The translations under genes were made by a program, and so were the position numbers. Below the pieces are notes generated by a model, which searched no databases, had not been told where the DNA came from, and saw nothing but the letters and a program-made list of their open reading frames with translations. From Dimorphilus gyrociliatus (lineage: Eukaryota > Animalia > Annelida): DNA of 64,000 bases. The DNA lies in contig CAJFCJ010000019.1 in NCBI GenBank assembly GCA_904063045.1, positions 2,185,700 to 2,249,699 of the forward strand, in the 5' to 3' direction. Numbering within the stretch: position 1 is the stretch's first letter; every line of letters begins with the position of its first letter. Below, in pieces: positions 38,492-53,426 of the stretch.

Positions 38492-39359
38492 TCTCTATCA
38501 TTTTTCTCCTATGTTTCAAGGTAAAACGTTCTTTTTTTTTTTTACAAAATAGAACATAACTCAGTTGTAAAAAAAATTTTTTTCTTCTATAATAACCCGA
38601 TAGGCGTCGCTAGTTAAAAACTCTTCTTGAAAAATTTTTCTCGAGTATAAGATAAATAACCTACTTAGTAAAAGATTTTAACTAATTGTATATAGGTGTA
38701 TAAATTTTAATAGACTTGAAAAGACCAAATATAAACATTTGCAGAGTTTTCTATTACTGACAATTTTAAAAGAAGAATAAATAGCCATTTAATTCCCTCT
38801 AACAATCGTGACGGCTATAATACAGCAGAGATCGTTAAGTGTTCAAATAATATTCTTCCATTCTTTTATGTTTTTTTAAAAAACCTGCTCAAAAAGTATT
38901 AAAGCAAAGATTAATTATAATGTAATAATCTAACGCCTACGGTTCTCCTTATGAAATATTCTTTTATTCAATCTTATTATAGAGAAGAACTTTAATAAAT
39001 AATAATTAAAACTTGATCTTTAATTCATTACTATATAACATTTTTTATAACTTAGTCTACGTGTCTTCATTTTAGATTAATCACTTATTTAATCACTTTA
39101 AATAATTAAAATAATATACAAAACCAACCGGAAATGAAGTTTCTTCCATTTTATTTCATGTTTTTATTACTGTTAATCATTTTCTCTTTTTTATATTCAA
39201 ATAATAGCGTCAACCTCTTTTTGCTTTTGCTCGTCAAAAGTAAAATTGTAATTAGTATTAATTTATTAATTGATTTATGACCTAGTTTATTATTGAAAAC
39301 AATTTAACTTTGTTTTGAATATTTAATGTTGTCCTTGCTCTCTATCTTTTTGTGTTCTT

Positions 39360-42300
39360 TCACGTCTTTGAAAGATTGTTCTTGTTCATGTTTTGCTTTA
39401 CTCTTGTTAACCAGAGCGCCCTCTGTCGTTTTTCCTTATCAAGCTCGGCTTGTTTATCCCTCTCTTCGAATAGTTTTTCAATATCTTTTAACTGCTGGCT
39501 AACTTCGTCGTGCGTTAATAACTCAAATTTAACATTATCTTTTAAAGGGTCATTTTCAAGAGCATCATTACGCTCTTTCTGCTTTTCTATCCGCCTTCTT
39601 CTAACTTCTTCGGCCAGCTTGGACGTTTTTAAAGCTTCAGGGTACATGAGCATTGGAACCTGGGTAATTTCTCTAGCCGATGTCGTTATACGATTCTTCT
39701 TCGTTGTTGGGCCGACCGACTTTGATCGGAGACTACAAATTTTCTTCTCTTCACTTGTCGAACGTCTTTCAATCGATGTTTGAGGTCGAACGTGCTCTGC
39801 TTTAGGAATACTTGTTTTCGTTTTCACTGAGTGAGCACTAGCTATCCTCTTCTTTTCTATGGAGACAGGCGCATATTCTCTTACGATAGTTGAATTCCTC
39901 GGTTCTTCAATTTCTTCTCGGATAGATGATATTGAGCTGACATAAGATGATTCAATTGATACAGCATCCTCATCGTCATGGAATCCGTTCGGCGAGAGTA
40001 GATTTCTCCAGTTCATATCGTCCACGTACATTTTCGTTCTTGGATCAATTCGACTGGGGGACGAAAAGGGTCGATTGTGTCTTTTGTAATCGTCCAACTC
40101 CTCTTTCCGGCGTCCTTCGTTTATTTCGATCTCTTTAAGGGCTCTGTCTGGTTTCATTTTATTTTGTATAGCATTCACGCTCAAGTATATGAAATCTGGA
40201 GGCGGTACTTCGCCTTTAATTCGAATCTGAGATCTTAGGAGTGTTTTCATTTCCGAAAGCGTTAATTTTTTGGAACGCGGTAGGGTACGATTATCAAATG
40301 ACCATGAAACTCGACGGCGCCTCTTGTTCATGCCTGAAGAAAGATCAGCCGGACCTTTAGGGTTTTCCGGCTTCGCTATCGAATCGATGTCGTGAGGTTG
40401 TTGTGGAGTGGCTGTTTTCGATCTTTCTCGACTAACTGTCCTGATTTCACTCCTATCAATTAAGTCCCTAAGTCCAGGCGAACTGCAATAACCCGAATCT
40501 CTGGTAATAGCACTCTGAATACGTTTGGCACTTGCTAAATTGGCTTTAGATAGACTCTTGGCACTATGAGATACTTGTTCTTGCGATTTTTTATATACTT
40601 TTTCGCTTAAATCTTCTTTGGTTTTACCTAGTATTCTTCTGTCAGATGCTCCAGCAACCTTCATCCTATTAGCTCTATAATAGGCATAGTTATGTTTTCG
40701 AACAGGAGCGTCTCCATATTTTTTATATTTAATCAGCGAAGGCAATTTATCATCTTTTAATGTGTAGTCGTATTCAATTTTTTCAAAAGTAAGGGTCAAT
40801 ACATTATTAATTGTATTAATAGTTATTCGGTCATCAATAGCATACATATTGACAATGGGATCGCTTCGACTGTTACTCCTAATTACTCTTTGGCATTGGC
40901 CAGTAAGGCCATTCCATATTCTTAGTTTACCATCCTCACAGGCTGTGATTATTCTAAGAAACATCATTGAAATAGCGGAAACTGGTCTTGGGTGTCTAAG
41001 TGCATTTAGACATTTTGTAAACTTTCCCTGACTACTCCACAAAAGAGCATATTGATCCCTACTAGCCGACGCAATATGCCAATTATCTAACTGTAAACTT
41101 GTGATAGCTTGATGATGGCCGCTTAATTTCTTTATTAAAGAGCCAGAGTATAAATGCCAAACTTTTATCTTGCCCGCCTCACATCCGCTAACGCACTTTT
41201 CGTCAGTCAGACGAACGGCGCTAATTGAATGTCTATGCTTGAATATTTTTTCACATTTACCGCTGGCTATATCCCAAACTCTACATGTTTTATCTTTTGA
41301 ACCTGAGCAAGCTCGGTTCGAAAACGTTACCAAGCAATTTATTGTACCTTGATGACCCCTGTAAATCTTTTGGCACTTTCCCGTATCCAGAGACCAACAG
41401 CTAGAGAATAAAAAGAACAGCAATATTTTATTCTGTAATATATATGATAATTGAAAAGGGACGGATATTCTATGATAATTAAATATATCCTACATTACTG
41501 TACTGTATATATTAGATACAAATATAATTAATCTATAACTGTATATCCTTTTTTAGTGTAAATTGAATTAAATAGGCTTACACTATTCATTCGGATTACG
41601 TATGTACGGGTAAGTAATCAATATCAGTCGAGTACTTAATCGACTTTATAGTCAATTGATCAACTAACCGTATGCTTGTATCATAGCTACCACTAAGCAC
41701 GAAGCGTTCCTTTTCACAAAGGGCAATACATTTAATAGATCCGGCATGTCCATGTATAACGGGACCAGTTTGATGACCATTTGTAGCATCAAGAAACTTA
41801 ACCTTTCGGTCACCGCCACCGTATGCTATCCATTTCTGGCCGTCAGTGTGGATTACTCTTGTTTTATCGTTACTATAAAAGTAAAGAAAAACCAAAACTA
41901 AATAAATACTTTAGGCCTTTAAATTTACACTTTGGCACTTACTCGCTACTTAGAACCATTACATTATAAGCTCCACAGAAGACGTTCCTTTCTTCTACTA
42001 TTACTTTCCGAGTTGAATAGCCTTGGTAGGCTGATTCGAAAGTTACTTCACTCTTAAATTTTAGACGTTTCTCATCTCCCGTTCTTATAACATCCCATGT
42101 ACCTGGCACTAGATTTGGAACAATAACATCGACGTCCTTGGCGTAGACTGGATTACAGGCTTGCGAAGCAGAACCCTGTTATATGAATAAATTTCCTTTT
42201 TATTTGTTATAGAACAATAGGAAATGTTCGATCGTATAACGTTGTCAATTGTGCTGCGTGTAAACATGCAATGAAAGCATGCTAAATATCGTAAAAAAAT

Positions 42301-43530
42301 ATACTTTGTAGATGGTACCGGGTTTTGCTTCGATATCCACTATCATCGGTACTCTGGTTTCAATCTAATCTGACAAAATCGTCTCATTCTTTTGTTTAAA
42401 CGCTTAGGAACGTATGTAATCAATAATTAACAAGTCATTTTTCATACCTGCATAAGCATTACATCCTCTCTTAAATGTTGATTTACGAAGAATTCTTTAT
42501 GAACTTCTTCAGCTAGAGATCTCCAATTTTTACTAACGCATATACAATTATGAAGGGACGACTGATCCAGAAAGCCCAAAATATTTTTAGCCAAGTGAAC
42601 TGGTAGGAATCTTACGAAATCTTTGTATTTACATACTCCTGAATGAGCTTTAGTTGACGCTGGAACAACGACACAAGCTGGATCGATTGATTCTAGTGAC
42701 TCGTCATCAAACCCTTCATCGTCAGTATCGTCGAAATAAGGCGTTGAAATTGGTAAAGTCTTACCGCTAATTGGCGAACGAGTTAAAACGCTATATGAAG
42801 GACTAGCTCTTAATAGTTCGTGCTGTTCACCAGATTCAAAAGTATAAGTTGATGAACGCACGCTATCAACTTCCGGAGTTGCTTTAAACAAAGAATAAAG
42901 AAAATAACAAATCATTTAATGGAATATACAAGTTTTTTGTTTTAAAATTTCTTTCAATATGAACTTACCACTTCCGTTCCTTTCGGAAACGAGAAGAGTT
43001 GTGGCATATGATAAAACAACGAATAGTAGGTGCGCTTCGCATTCGTTAAATATTCTTAGGAGAAAGTTAATTTTGATGAAATATGACGAATGTTCAAAGA
43101 ATTTACATAATTTTGCAAAGTTTATCTCTAAATCTCTCCTATTTAAGGCTCTATTCGAGCTAGTTGTAGCTTTGTCGGAAGATAAACTGGGAGCTGTACG
43201 GGATCTTGAATAAGTAAAGTCTTTGGAACGAAGTGGATCCAGTAGCCGACAGATTTGTCTTAATAGATCAGCTGAATGACAGCATCTTATTAAATTAAGA
43301 ATAAAGTTCTTTCTAGTCTCCGTCCCGGCTCTTCTAAACCACGGCAAAATATTTTTTAGAGCTTCTTTAGTTTTGCAGGCGTCACATTCACCACATGCAG
43401 AGTTTTTTGAACATTCTAATTCCATAGCCAATCCAAGATTGAATTCTGAACTTTCTGGATGCACACACGACGCCTGCCGTTCAAATGCATAAAACGACAG
43501 AGGCGTCGTAGTCAGGGCAGTCGATGTCAT
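39360..43530 (-). CDS. FBXW10: F-box/WD40 protein FBXW10-like, about 1157 aa, 5 exons
   Basis: Exons 43530-42969, 42881-42448, 42175-41943, 41872-41669, 41400-39360. N-terminal CGECDAC, F-box DFVRFLPVHLAKNILGFLD, EERNVFCGAYNV, GH...WD repeats, long basic C-terminal tail. Confidence 0.85.
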
Positions 43531-44238
43531 ATTTTTTCAACAAACAGATATCCTTAGATAAACGCTATCCGTGTGAAATTTTTGTCGGGACAAGTGGCTC
43601 TCGAGCGTTTTGTACATAAACTTTGTCGAAAAACGTCGTTGCTAAGCATGATTAAGTAAACATGAGGGTGAATTATTGATTTGCATGATCATTCAAGCAT
43701 TTCATGTTCAATAAATCTTTTTACCTTCTCAATTCGTTTTCAGTTTTATAATAGTGACATCTATTTTATTAAAATAATAAATGGGGGGATTTCCTAAACT
43801 TTCGTGGTTGTTTTAACGATACTTTTAAAAGTATATTCAAAAAACTTTAACATAATATCAAATAGTTTTTTATTTAACCGCCAAGACCAGAAAGGGATTG
43901 GTTGAAAAAAGAGCAATAACCAAAAAAAAATCACTGCCTTTAATTAAACTTCTTCAAAGTGTAGTGAAAACATCTCTCAGAATACTAAAGCTAATTATAT
44001 ATATTAAGAAATAAGATTATTTTATGACATAATTTACTTTTATAGAGGTTTTAATTGGAATATTTGGAAATTTTAACAATGGGCAACTTTCTATGTATTT
44101 CTTTATTTAATGCAGTTTTTATAACTTTGCTGAAAAGTGATTTCATATTTTTATATGAATGTCTAGCTACATCTTACAGGTAATCTTCTGCTTCTTTGGA
44201 TATTACAATACGAAGTTTAAGATGGTTTAAACAGAATA

Positions 44239-44248
44239 TAGATGGCGC
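44239..44248 (+). promoter_or_regulatory. CTCF-like core TAGATGGCGC upstream of ZZEF1
   Basis: 110 bp before the ZZEF1 ATG, in the FBXW10/ZZEF1 divergent spacer. Confidence 0.4.
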
Positions 44249-44357
44249 ATTTAACATTCTTAGCAACAGTGAACAGATGACAGTACTGTTGCGTATAAGG
44301 TTATAAAGGGTTTGGTAATTTTTCACAATTATAGATATATTTGAATATACTTAAATA

Positions 44358-47300
44358 ATGGGCAATGCTCCGTCGACTAGAGACGAAAAGTTGACTTATG
44401 ATCTTACTTCCAAAGAGGTGAGTGATAACAGTTGAGCTGCGCTAAAAATAAGGGCGATTATTGAACAACTGAGCGACAATAGGCTATTTTTTCGAAAGAG
44501 AAACAGAAAACAGCTTCATTTTGTTAGCAGAGTGCGTATTTTCCAAGATAAATTGTAATTTTTTTTAGGTGAGAGATGCAGAAGAAAAAGAAAAAGATAG
44601 TTATAAGACTTTGGCCTGTATACTCTCGTCATCGGAGCTTCGGGAAGCAGCCGCAAGTTTAGATGAGGATCTGACGATGGACCGGAAAAATGTTTTAATG
44701 GCTCATCAAAATTCGTTGAATCGACGCCTCTCTGAAGTAGCTGCTCACAGTGAAATGACCATTCCAATCAGCAATTTGGTTGATATCGTTCAAAGAGACT
44801 GTTCAAATCAGGCCGAAGCATACGCAGTTTTGTCTTGTTTGGACACCGAAGGAGATGGGATAGCAGATGTCGAAACTGCTAAGGATATTGTTAAAAATCT
44901 TGATTCTACTGCACAAGATACAGCGTTGGCCAACAGTGTACGAACTCTCCAATCCTGCATACATGTACCGGGCTTCGTTGATATTTATACTGGAGAGGAA
45001 GATAGAAGGAATGCCCTCGTTCATAGCCAAAAATTAGTTACTTACTTGTTAAAACATCGAGCTTGTTCATCTAGTTTTCCACTTTTGCCACTAAGAGCTT
45101 TTTCATCAACACATTCCATGAGGAAAGCTGTTATTAAAGCTTATAGTAAAGATTTGACAAAGCCTAAACTTTCATCTTCAGAATTCTCAATGTTTACTGA
45201 TAAACCATTTCAACGTATTATAGTATCGTCAAACGAGAAGGACGCTCATTTTCTGCTGGACAATAATAATGGTACATATTGGCAATCAGAAGGGGTAACA
45301 GGAACTCATTTTATTCGATTGATAATGTTGCCGCAAGTGAATTTGTCCAAGTTATTTTTGAACGTCTCTACTTACGATAGTACTTACATGCCCAATTTGG
45401 TTGTTGTTAGTGCCGGGCCAGGACCTGAATCTTTAAAAGAAATATCACGATCTAATATACCATCAAACTTTAAAGGTGACTTTCTACTCTTAGACTATTC
45501 TGAAGGATATTTTCCAATTGTACAAATCAATATTAGGCGAACTCAGTCTGATGGTAATAACACTAGAGTTCGAGGAATTAGAGTCGAAGGAATTCAGTAC
45601 AAAAAGGACTCTTCAACCCCAACAGCATTCGAGGCTTCTCAAATTCTTCTTGCAGAGTTCCTCTTTACAACTGCTAAACTTATGTCTGATCTTGTACCAA
45701 ATGCTTTAGAAACTTATGTTGGTCATTGTACAGCAGCATTGTCCAACATGCCTCCATTATCTTTATCAGGATCATACTCATCTAGTTCCCATGTTTTCGA
45801 TAAAATTCATCAGCAAGTATCTGAAATAGCAAAGAAAAATCGACAAGTGGCCCTCCTACTCTTTTCATACAATTTAGCAAGAGGTCATTTGGCAGGAATA
45901 TTTCAATCCTTAATTTATCTCTCAAATCTGAGTTCATCTGGAGATAATAATGACAGTCAACTACCTCATCTCGTGAAGTCAATGAGAGCAGTTCTTAGAG
46001 ACGAATTAAGACAACAATCAGATTGGCTTGATGTTCAATTAATAGAGACGGATGGGGTAGAGACATCCAGCTCTGATTATCTCTTCTCGTCTAATTGGAC
46101 TTCTCAAACGATATCTTATACAAGTCAACCCAGTAACAACTGTGTAACATTTGTTTTGAAGGCAACTGCTAAAACTGATGAAAATATTCTGCTGACAAAA
46201 TTTCGTATTCGGTTCGCCAAAGGTGGTAGAGCATCTAAGCGAGTATTGATATACTTAAAAAACGGCGATGATTCAGCCAGTCTTTCAAATCTCGATTCTA
46301 TGAGTATAGAGGAAATTGATCAACTTATTGAAAATCAGCAACTAGCTCCTAAGCCTGATTTGTATTTAAAAGTCTTGAATGAATGGGATGAAGTTGAATA
46401 CGTCTTAACTGATTGCCCCCAAGGCGATTCAGTAGTTATTAAACTTTTTGGATTAAAAGATCCAGAAAAAGAGAGTATTGGTATAATATCTATGCACTTG
46501 TTTGGTTTACTTATGAAGAAACCGAGATTATCACCCATATTAGATAAATATTCAAATAATTGTTCTAATATAGCCCAAATAACAGAATCTCTTCTAATTT
46601 TCGTTTTCTGCCTTGTTCAAAAACGGAAATGTAGAAAACTGTCAGCCAGGGATTTAACAGTGACAAACGTCTATGATTTCTACAGCCTTATCCCAATTGA
46701 TCAACAATTATTGCTTCTTGAGATATTCTATCTTTTCCTATCCGAATTAGAAGGTTCCAAAGACGATGAAGGAGCAAAGAAACTTTGTCAACACTTATTT
46801 TCAATTGTCAATAATGAAGATGAGGACCGATCTAAAAATCCTAAATTCCTTTCTCTTTCCGAAATGATTTTAGTTGAAGGAGCTAACGTCTTTTTCCCAG
46901 ATACGAGCACGCGTACAAAACAATTAGTTGATATGCTTAACGCTGCTATAGAGCAACACGAAACTAGTCAAGTAAAAAATTCTGTTGGTTTGAGCTTTCG
47001 TTCGCTGTGCTCCTATTTTATAAGAAATGAGCCATGGATACTTTTACAGGTTACTTTTTTTAAAGGAAACAAATATGAAGTTCTTACTTTTTTCTTTGTT
47101 ATAGGACGAGGACGAATCGGACAATTCTGTTCTATATACTCTTTTTCAAGTAGCGGGAAGAGATGTTGAAAATGTGCTCAATGGAAAGCAAGCATCGCCT
47201 CATTCCGATGGAGTTATATCACTTTTGTCGACATTATTGGCTTACATTATTTTTAGTAAGCATAAACAATATAAAAAATACGTGCTCCTTATATCCGAAT

Positions 47301-50300
47301 TGGTTGGAAAAACGTTAAAGAGGCTTCAAGAATTCGATTTAGAAACGTTTGAAGACCTTATTCAGCGCCTAGATGGTTTAATAATATCAGTTACCTTTAG
47401 GCAATTTGTAAGTATAAGCTCCTTTTTTATCGTGTAGAAAAATACATACAGATTTTAATGTAACCACCATTAAACTAGATTTATTGCCTCTTGGAAGCTA
47501 CAACTAAGTTTATTAACAATGCCGAACGCAGGTGGCTTTTGGAAACGCTCCAACCAAATTTATTTCTATTATTTAATATATACGAAAAGTTTGGCCCACA
47601 TCTTACTAGTAAAATTAAACGTGAAGAGAAGGAAACTATCTTAAAAACGTGGCGTGTTGAGTCAGAGCACGAATATAGAGCAAACGAACGTATTCGTAAA
47701 ACATTCTTCTGCCCAAATACTATGCTATTTACTGTTGAATTTGATCCGCAATGTGAAACGGAAGCGAGATATGACTTTTTAGAATTTTTCACATACGAAA
47801 ATTCATTACATGGTGGTCATAAAATTAAATGCCATGGTAAAGTTGGTTCAGAAAACTGGCATAATTTCATTACATTTTACAACTCTGAAAGACTCTACTT
47901 TACGTTCAATTCGGATGGATCTCAAGAGCTATGGGGTTACAAATTTAAGGTAACTGCTCGAGGTATACCAGAGCCCGAGCCGTCATGGCCAATTGATAGT
48001 TGTTTAGCTTATGCCAAATTATGTGGAACTTTATGTAGTCAGCTTATATCAGATGTGACTACTTATAATTATATTGGATGTGAAGATGCTATTGTCGGAG
48101 ATATGCTAAAGAGTGATTTATGGAGTGGACTCCTTAGAGCTGGATTTATCAATAAAGATAGCGACGAGACTTTAACTTCCACTTCGCGATCTTCTTATAA
48201 CCATTCCGTATGTGTCGATGACGCTGATATACTACTCTTTAAAAGTTTCATCGAATCAGATCGGCCCAATGAATTAGTTGAAAAGTGTAAAGAATCGAAC
48301 AAAACGCAGAATATTGGAACGGAAGAAATTGAGATGGCTGTTAGATGGACATTTTATGCTATATTATATCATTCGTATGAGTTAAGAGGGGATATAAGAA
48401 AGTTTCTTGAAACTGGTAGGGTAAATGAGCCTTTGTTAAGTATTTATGCTGCTGCCAATGGCCTACGTATACACTTGATTGAAGAAAGACAAAGAAGACG
48501 AAGTAATGTCGAGCCAGAAGAATCAAAGAAAACTTCCAATTCGGACGTTGAAAAAGATGAGGAAGAGTATGCTACCCAATGCTTGGAAAAGGCCAAATTT
48601 TTGTTGGAAATAGCTGCTTTAAAAAAGACTACTCCTTCCACTGGTGGTCAATTAAAACGTCCAAATATACATAGGGTTCATCGATTAAATTCAACAGGTA
48701 GTTTAGCCACTCGCCGTCACATGAGAGTTGACGCCTCGGCTCTTGACAAATATCCAGCATGTAAAGCAGTCTTGGAATTTGTAAGAAATCCAAATTGGAG
48801 TATTCAGATAGTCAAGAAATTAATTAAGGATAGAGAAAGACTTTCACGCGAATTAGCGTTTGTTTACGACTTTGTAAGTGAGTCGATAATGATTATGAAA
48901 TTCTCGGAGCTACCATCTTTAGCGTTTCTTACAACATTCTCCCAAACGCAATCTGATTGGAATGATCACTATGCTAGCGGTTTAGATGGTTGCGGTCTTG
49001 AAAGTGAATCCAACGTTAAACGCGCCTATTATAATTTGATAAAAAGAGCTGTTAAATATGTAGCTTCTAGAGATAGAAGTAGGATGGAAGGAGACGACAT
49101 CGGCTTACAGAAATTAGATCATTTTACTGCAATTACTCTTCATTTATTAGATGTACAATGGAGATCTAACGATATGCAAGTCTTGGTAGAAATGGATCTA
49201 CCTAATTTCTATGCCAACTTGGCGAAGAGAAGTGTCTCTTTAATGAAATTAGAAACTGACTATGATGGTGAAAAATCGAAAATAGTTGACTACGAGAAAC
49301 ATATAAAATGGTATAAAGAAGTTGAATTGACAAATAAATTTCACGAATGGTATGAGGAACACGAATTAAAAAAGACAAGAGAATTGCAAATGTTCGTTGC
49401 TCGTTTTTGCGATATTCTCGAAGTGGATATCTCTTGTGATGGTTGTAATATGACTATACCCGGAAAGCGCTATCGTTGTTTAGATTGTGCAGATATGGAT
49501 TTATGCGCTACATGCTTTTCTGGCGGAGTGCAACCAAGCTCTGATACTAATCATAAACCTGGGGAGCATCGAATGGTACCGCTATCCTATAAATGCGACG
49601 AGTGTCGGGCATTTATTGTTGGCATACGAGTTCATTGTAATGAATGCGACGATTTCGATTTATGTGACGGTTGCTTTGCAAATAACCTATATCCAGCCGG
49701 ACATGACGCAGCACATGATGTAACAAAGCATCCTTTGGTTATACTTCGTCAACCAGATTCTCCTATTTGGTCATTGGCAAGTTATATTCATCAGCATGCT
49801 TGGTTAAGTTTGTCAAGTCTTTCTTTAACTGCCTCCCATTACTCGTCAATGAATAATGAATCTGCTTCAACGATCTATGCACAATGTATAGCTTTAACTC
49901 AAAAAACTTTGTCAGCATTGGAGCCAGGTAGAGATTTAGATGAAGAAGCCGATGTTCCTCTAGAAGTCAGACAAGAATATGCATTAGGAGCACACGCAAA
50001 TGAACGTTTGATGGGCTTGTTATGTGCCATGCTTCAGCCAGCGTCTGCTCAGCCGAACGAATTAATAACAAAGAATGTTCTCACTCTACTTATCAAACTT
50101 GTTCATATTGTTGACGTTCTTGTGGTTGATGGTAGTCCGAATTATCTAGCTCTTGCATTACTTGTTCGTCTTCTTAGGCAAACGCCTCCAATATTAGCTG
50201 ATGAAGCGACAATTGCTGCAACGAATACGAGCGTTCGCGAAAATGTTTATCCAGGAATAGCTACTATTCAAGTTTTTTTTGATTTTGGTGTTGAAAGATT

Positions 50301-52635
50301 AAAATCTGCTGATTTAGAATGGACTCAGGCAGTTGTGATAGCATTACAAAGAATTGCTAAAATGACATTTTGGAGGGATGTTGTTGGTGATGCTGCTCAT
50401 CATTTAATGACTAGTGTAGATTCTGAGGCTAATGTTGATAAAATAGTGTTTGCCCTTTTAGTTCTGGGAGGTTTTCCACTTTTACCGTCAATCGGTGTTG
50501 CAACAAATTTCGGTGATGGGAGAAGGGGTATTGTTCTAAAATATTTTCCAGAGAAAAAGATATCTCTTGTGGTCGATCTGCTAAGTAGACGAAGAGTGAA
50601 AGTTGAAGACGACAAATTAAAAATAGCCGATACTCAGCCGTATGCTGATGTTGGGCATTTAAAATTTTGTTGCGACCTGGTATTGAAAGTAAAGAATTAC
50701 GACAAGCCGAGTCACGACACAATCTTTAAAGCCGCTTTAGCCCTTAGAACTTTAAACAATGCTGCTATAAACTCAGATTTACAGATGAGTAGTGAAAACT
50801 TATTGAAGACACTGGTTTTCCTAGCCTCAACTAGAACTAAATTATGCAGCAATTGGCTTCCGCAGCATCTTGACATTGTTGCCCTTAACGTTTATGCTTT
50901 AAAAAAGAAAGGCTGCCTGCAGGTTGTTGACGAACCTAAATCTTCAAAGACAACAAGTAAAGAGGCTGTTCCTGAAAAACAAGCAGTCACTAGTTTTATA
51001 GAGGGTTTACCCGAAGAGGCAAAGAAATTGATAAAAAAGATTAGACCAACACTTGACGTTGACTGGCTAAGGGAAGTGCGCAGTGCTTTGACTGATCCTC
51101 AGTTGTTTCTCGATATGCTTCGGGAGACGGTTGAAGCTCAAAAAGATCATGCCAGGTCTCCATGTTCGTCTGAATCTTCCTCCAGTTCATCTCGCTATCG
51201 CTCTTATTCATCTGATTCGTCAGATGACAGTTTTTGCGATCTTATGGTCACATCATGTAAAATCGAAAATAACGACGCCGACGATGATGACGACGACGAC
51301 GACGACGATGACGACGACGATGATGATGACGATGACGACGACGATGACGACGACGATAATGATTATGACGATGAAGATGTAGCATATGAAAGAAAAGCTT
51401 TTATCATATCCAGCGATGGAATTTTGGCATCAAATAATACGCCAAAAGGTGAAACTGTTGTAGACGATTCACAATCGGTCATAGCAAAGGATGATACTGC
51501 TGATGATGACAGAGACGAAGTTCTTGTAACTCCTGCCGATAAAAATAGCGAAAGTGATGCTACTAAGTACCGAAAATCTTATAAAGCTATGCAAAAGAAG
51601 CTAAATCAATTGAAAAAGAATCAGACGGATGTTGGCGAAATATGTCGGGCTATGTGTGTACTTCACGCTCGGCGTCTACTTTGTACCTTATTAACAGATT
51701 GGCAAGGGGCGTCGATACCTGCTTCCATTTTGGGTTGTGGAAAGCCTGAGAGGGTACCATCTGTACTCGACGTCTTAAACACAAATGAGAGAACCTTTCA
51801 ACAGGTGGTTGAAAGTGTCCTATCTCACGTTGATTCAAGTGTATTAGGGACATTATCAAGAGCGGCCTGCAATCTGGTCCGATCAAGTATTTTTAAAGTG
51901 AGAGAAAGTCGCCATAACTATAATAGAGTTACTGAAGATGTTCAAGAAGTTAAAATAGTGGGCGTTCATGCTCTAAATATATCATTCGACAAGGAATCCT
52001 GTCTTGAGAGCGGAGATACTCTTATTTTGTCAACTTCCAGAGATCTTACAGAAAATAGAAAAGAAATAACGACCGATTGGAGTTCAAGGATACAATTCAC
52101 AAATGACACATTCTACTATAGGTTAGAATGTACAAGTGTTTCAAGCAACACGATAGCAACAAAATGGGGCTATAAAATGAATATAACAGCGGAGAAACCA
52201 ACTAATTTCGATACAGGTTTCAAATTATTAACCCAATTACTAAATGCTCATGCTCAGTATTTACCCTTGAATGAATTGTGGGTAATTCTTGTGCGGGAAA
52301 CCTGTAAACAAACAGGTAGAGAGAGAAGGAAGATTATTCAACTTTTGTTAGCTTTACTTAATTCTGCCAAAGTTATTGAGAAGAAAGTTGATATACTTAT
52401 TTTAGCGCCTATTTGGCGCGCATACTGCAAGATAAAAACAAAGGATGAAACGAAACCAGCCTCACCTCTGTGCAGAGCTCTAACAGAATTTTTTACAATT
52501 GTCGAAGAAACTGCCATTTTTTGGAAACTCCAGGCTTCCTACAGAGCTTCTCTTGGAGATACCGATCAGATTGTAGCTCTATTCAAGCAGGGTATCCTAC
52601 TAGTAAAAGCTATAAAAAAACAAATTGAGGCCTAA
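44358..52635 (+). CDS. ZZEF1: Zinc finger ZZ-type and EF-hand domain-containing protein 1, about 2666 aa, 4 exons
   Basis: Exons 44358-44417, 44569-47049, 47105-47407, 47479-52635. MGNAPS N-terminus, APC10/DOC domain (TYWQSEG..HFIRL), CUB-like segments, and two ZZ fingers (CDGC...YRCLDCADMDLCATCF; CDEC...HCNECDDFDLCDGCF). Confidence 0.93.
51280..51357 (+). repeat. Coding (GAY)n repeat, 26 consecutive Asp in ZZEF1
   Basis: Mixed GAC/GAT codons, counted directly. Confidence 0.95.
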
Positions 52636-53426
52636 ATAGTCAATTTTAACATTACAGACAAAAAATGCATGATCAAAAAAAATTTGCTTATTGAACTAAT
52701 TTGAAAAAGACTGAAATTTTAGTTGAATTTTTCCTATTACTTTTGAATCATCTCTGCTGTGCTTAGCAAATTGAAATAAAAATTAATTAAATTATGAAAT
52801 ATGCATTCATACATATACATGCTGTATTATAAGTTGAATCTTTCCTATTTAGAGTAGTTAGAAATAACGTCATATTGACACATAAATGTAAATACTGAAT
52901 CATCCTTCGGTAAAACTGCCCTAGGTTGATCTACTATACAGTATATTGTATCTAAAAGACATAATATTTTAATATAAACTCAACTTAAAACTATTCATTT
53001 ATAATTTCTTAGCGTTATTATATTTATTGAATATATTAATAGAATTCGGCTCAATAATTTATATTTTGTCAATTAGTTGAAAGAAAATAACTTTCATTTT
53101 GCATGTAAAGTAGTTATCTATTTATAATTAGGGTGATTGGTAATTTTATAATATATTTGTCTTTAAATACACGCTGTATTGTCACCACAATGCTCAGCAG
53201 TAATAAAGTCAAGCATCTAACCGGTCGAATGAGTGAAAATTGTGCAGGTGATAATTTTTCTTCTTCATAATCCTTATTAATCCGATTAGCAGGAATTATT
53301 AAACTCCTATATATTAATTGGAGAGAGATTTTATAAAATACGTTCTTTACCCTGGATTCTCATAAATAATCTTTATATGTCGAAAAGGTATAACTTTTTC
53401 TTTTCATAGTAATTTCAAGTTTTGAC

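Noticed and set aside
16021-41330. GTTCGA-type T-loop words (about 16023, 16941, 35168, 41316)
   Set aside because: No cloverleaf or A-box; they lie in coding or unstructured contexts, so no tRNA is called.
51131-51382. Met/Thr-rich 83-aa ORF
   Set aside because: Alternate frame of the ZZEF1 poly-Asp repeat.
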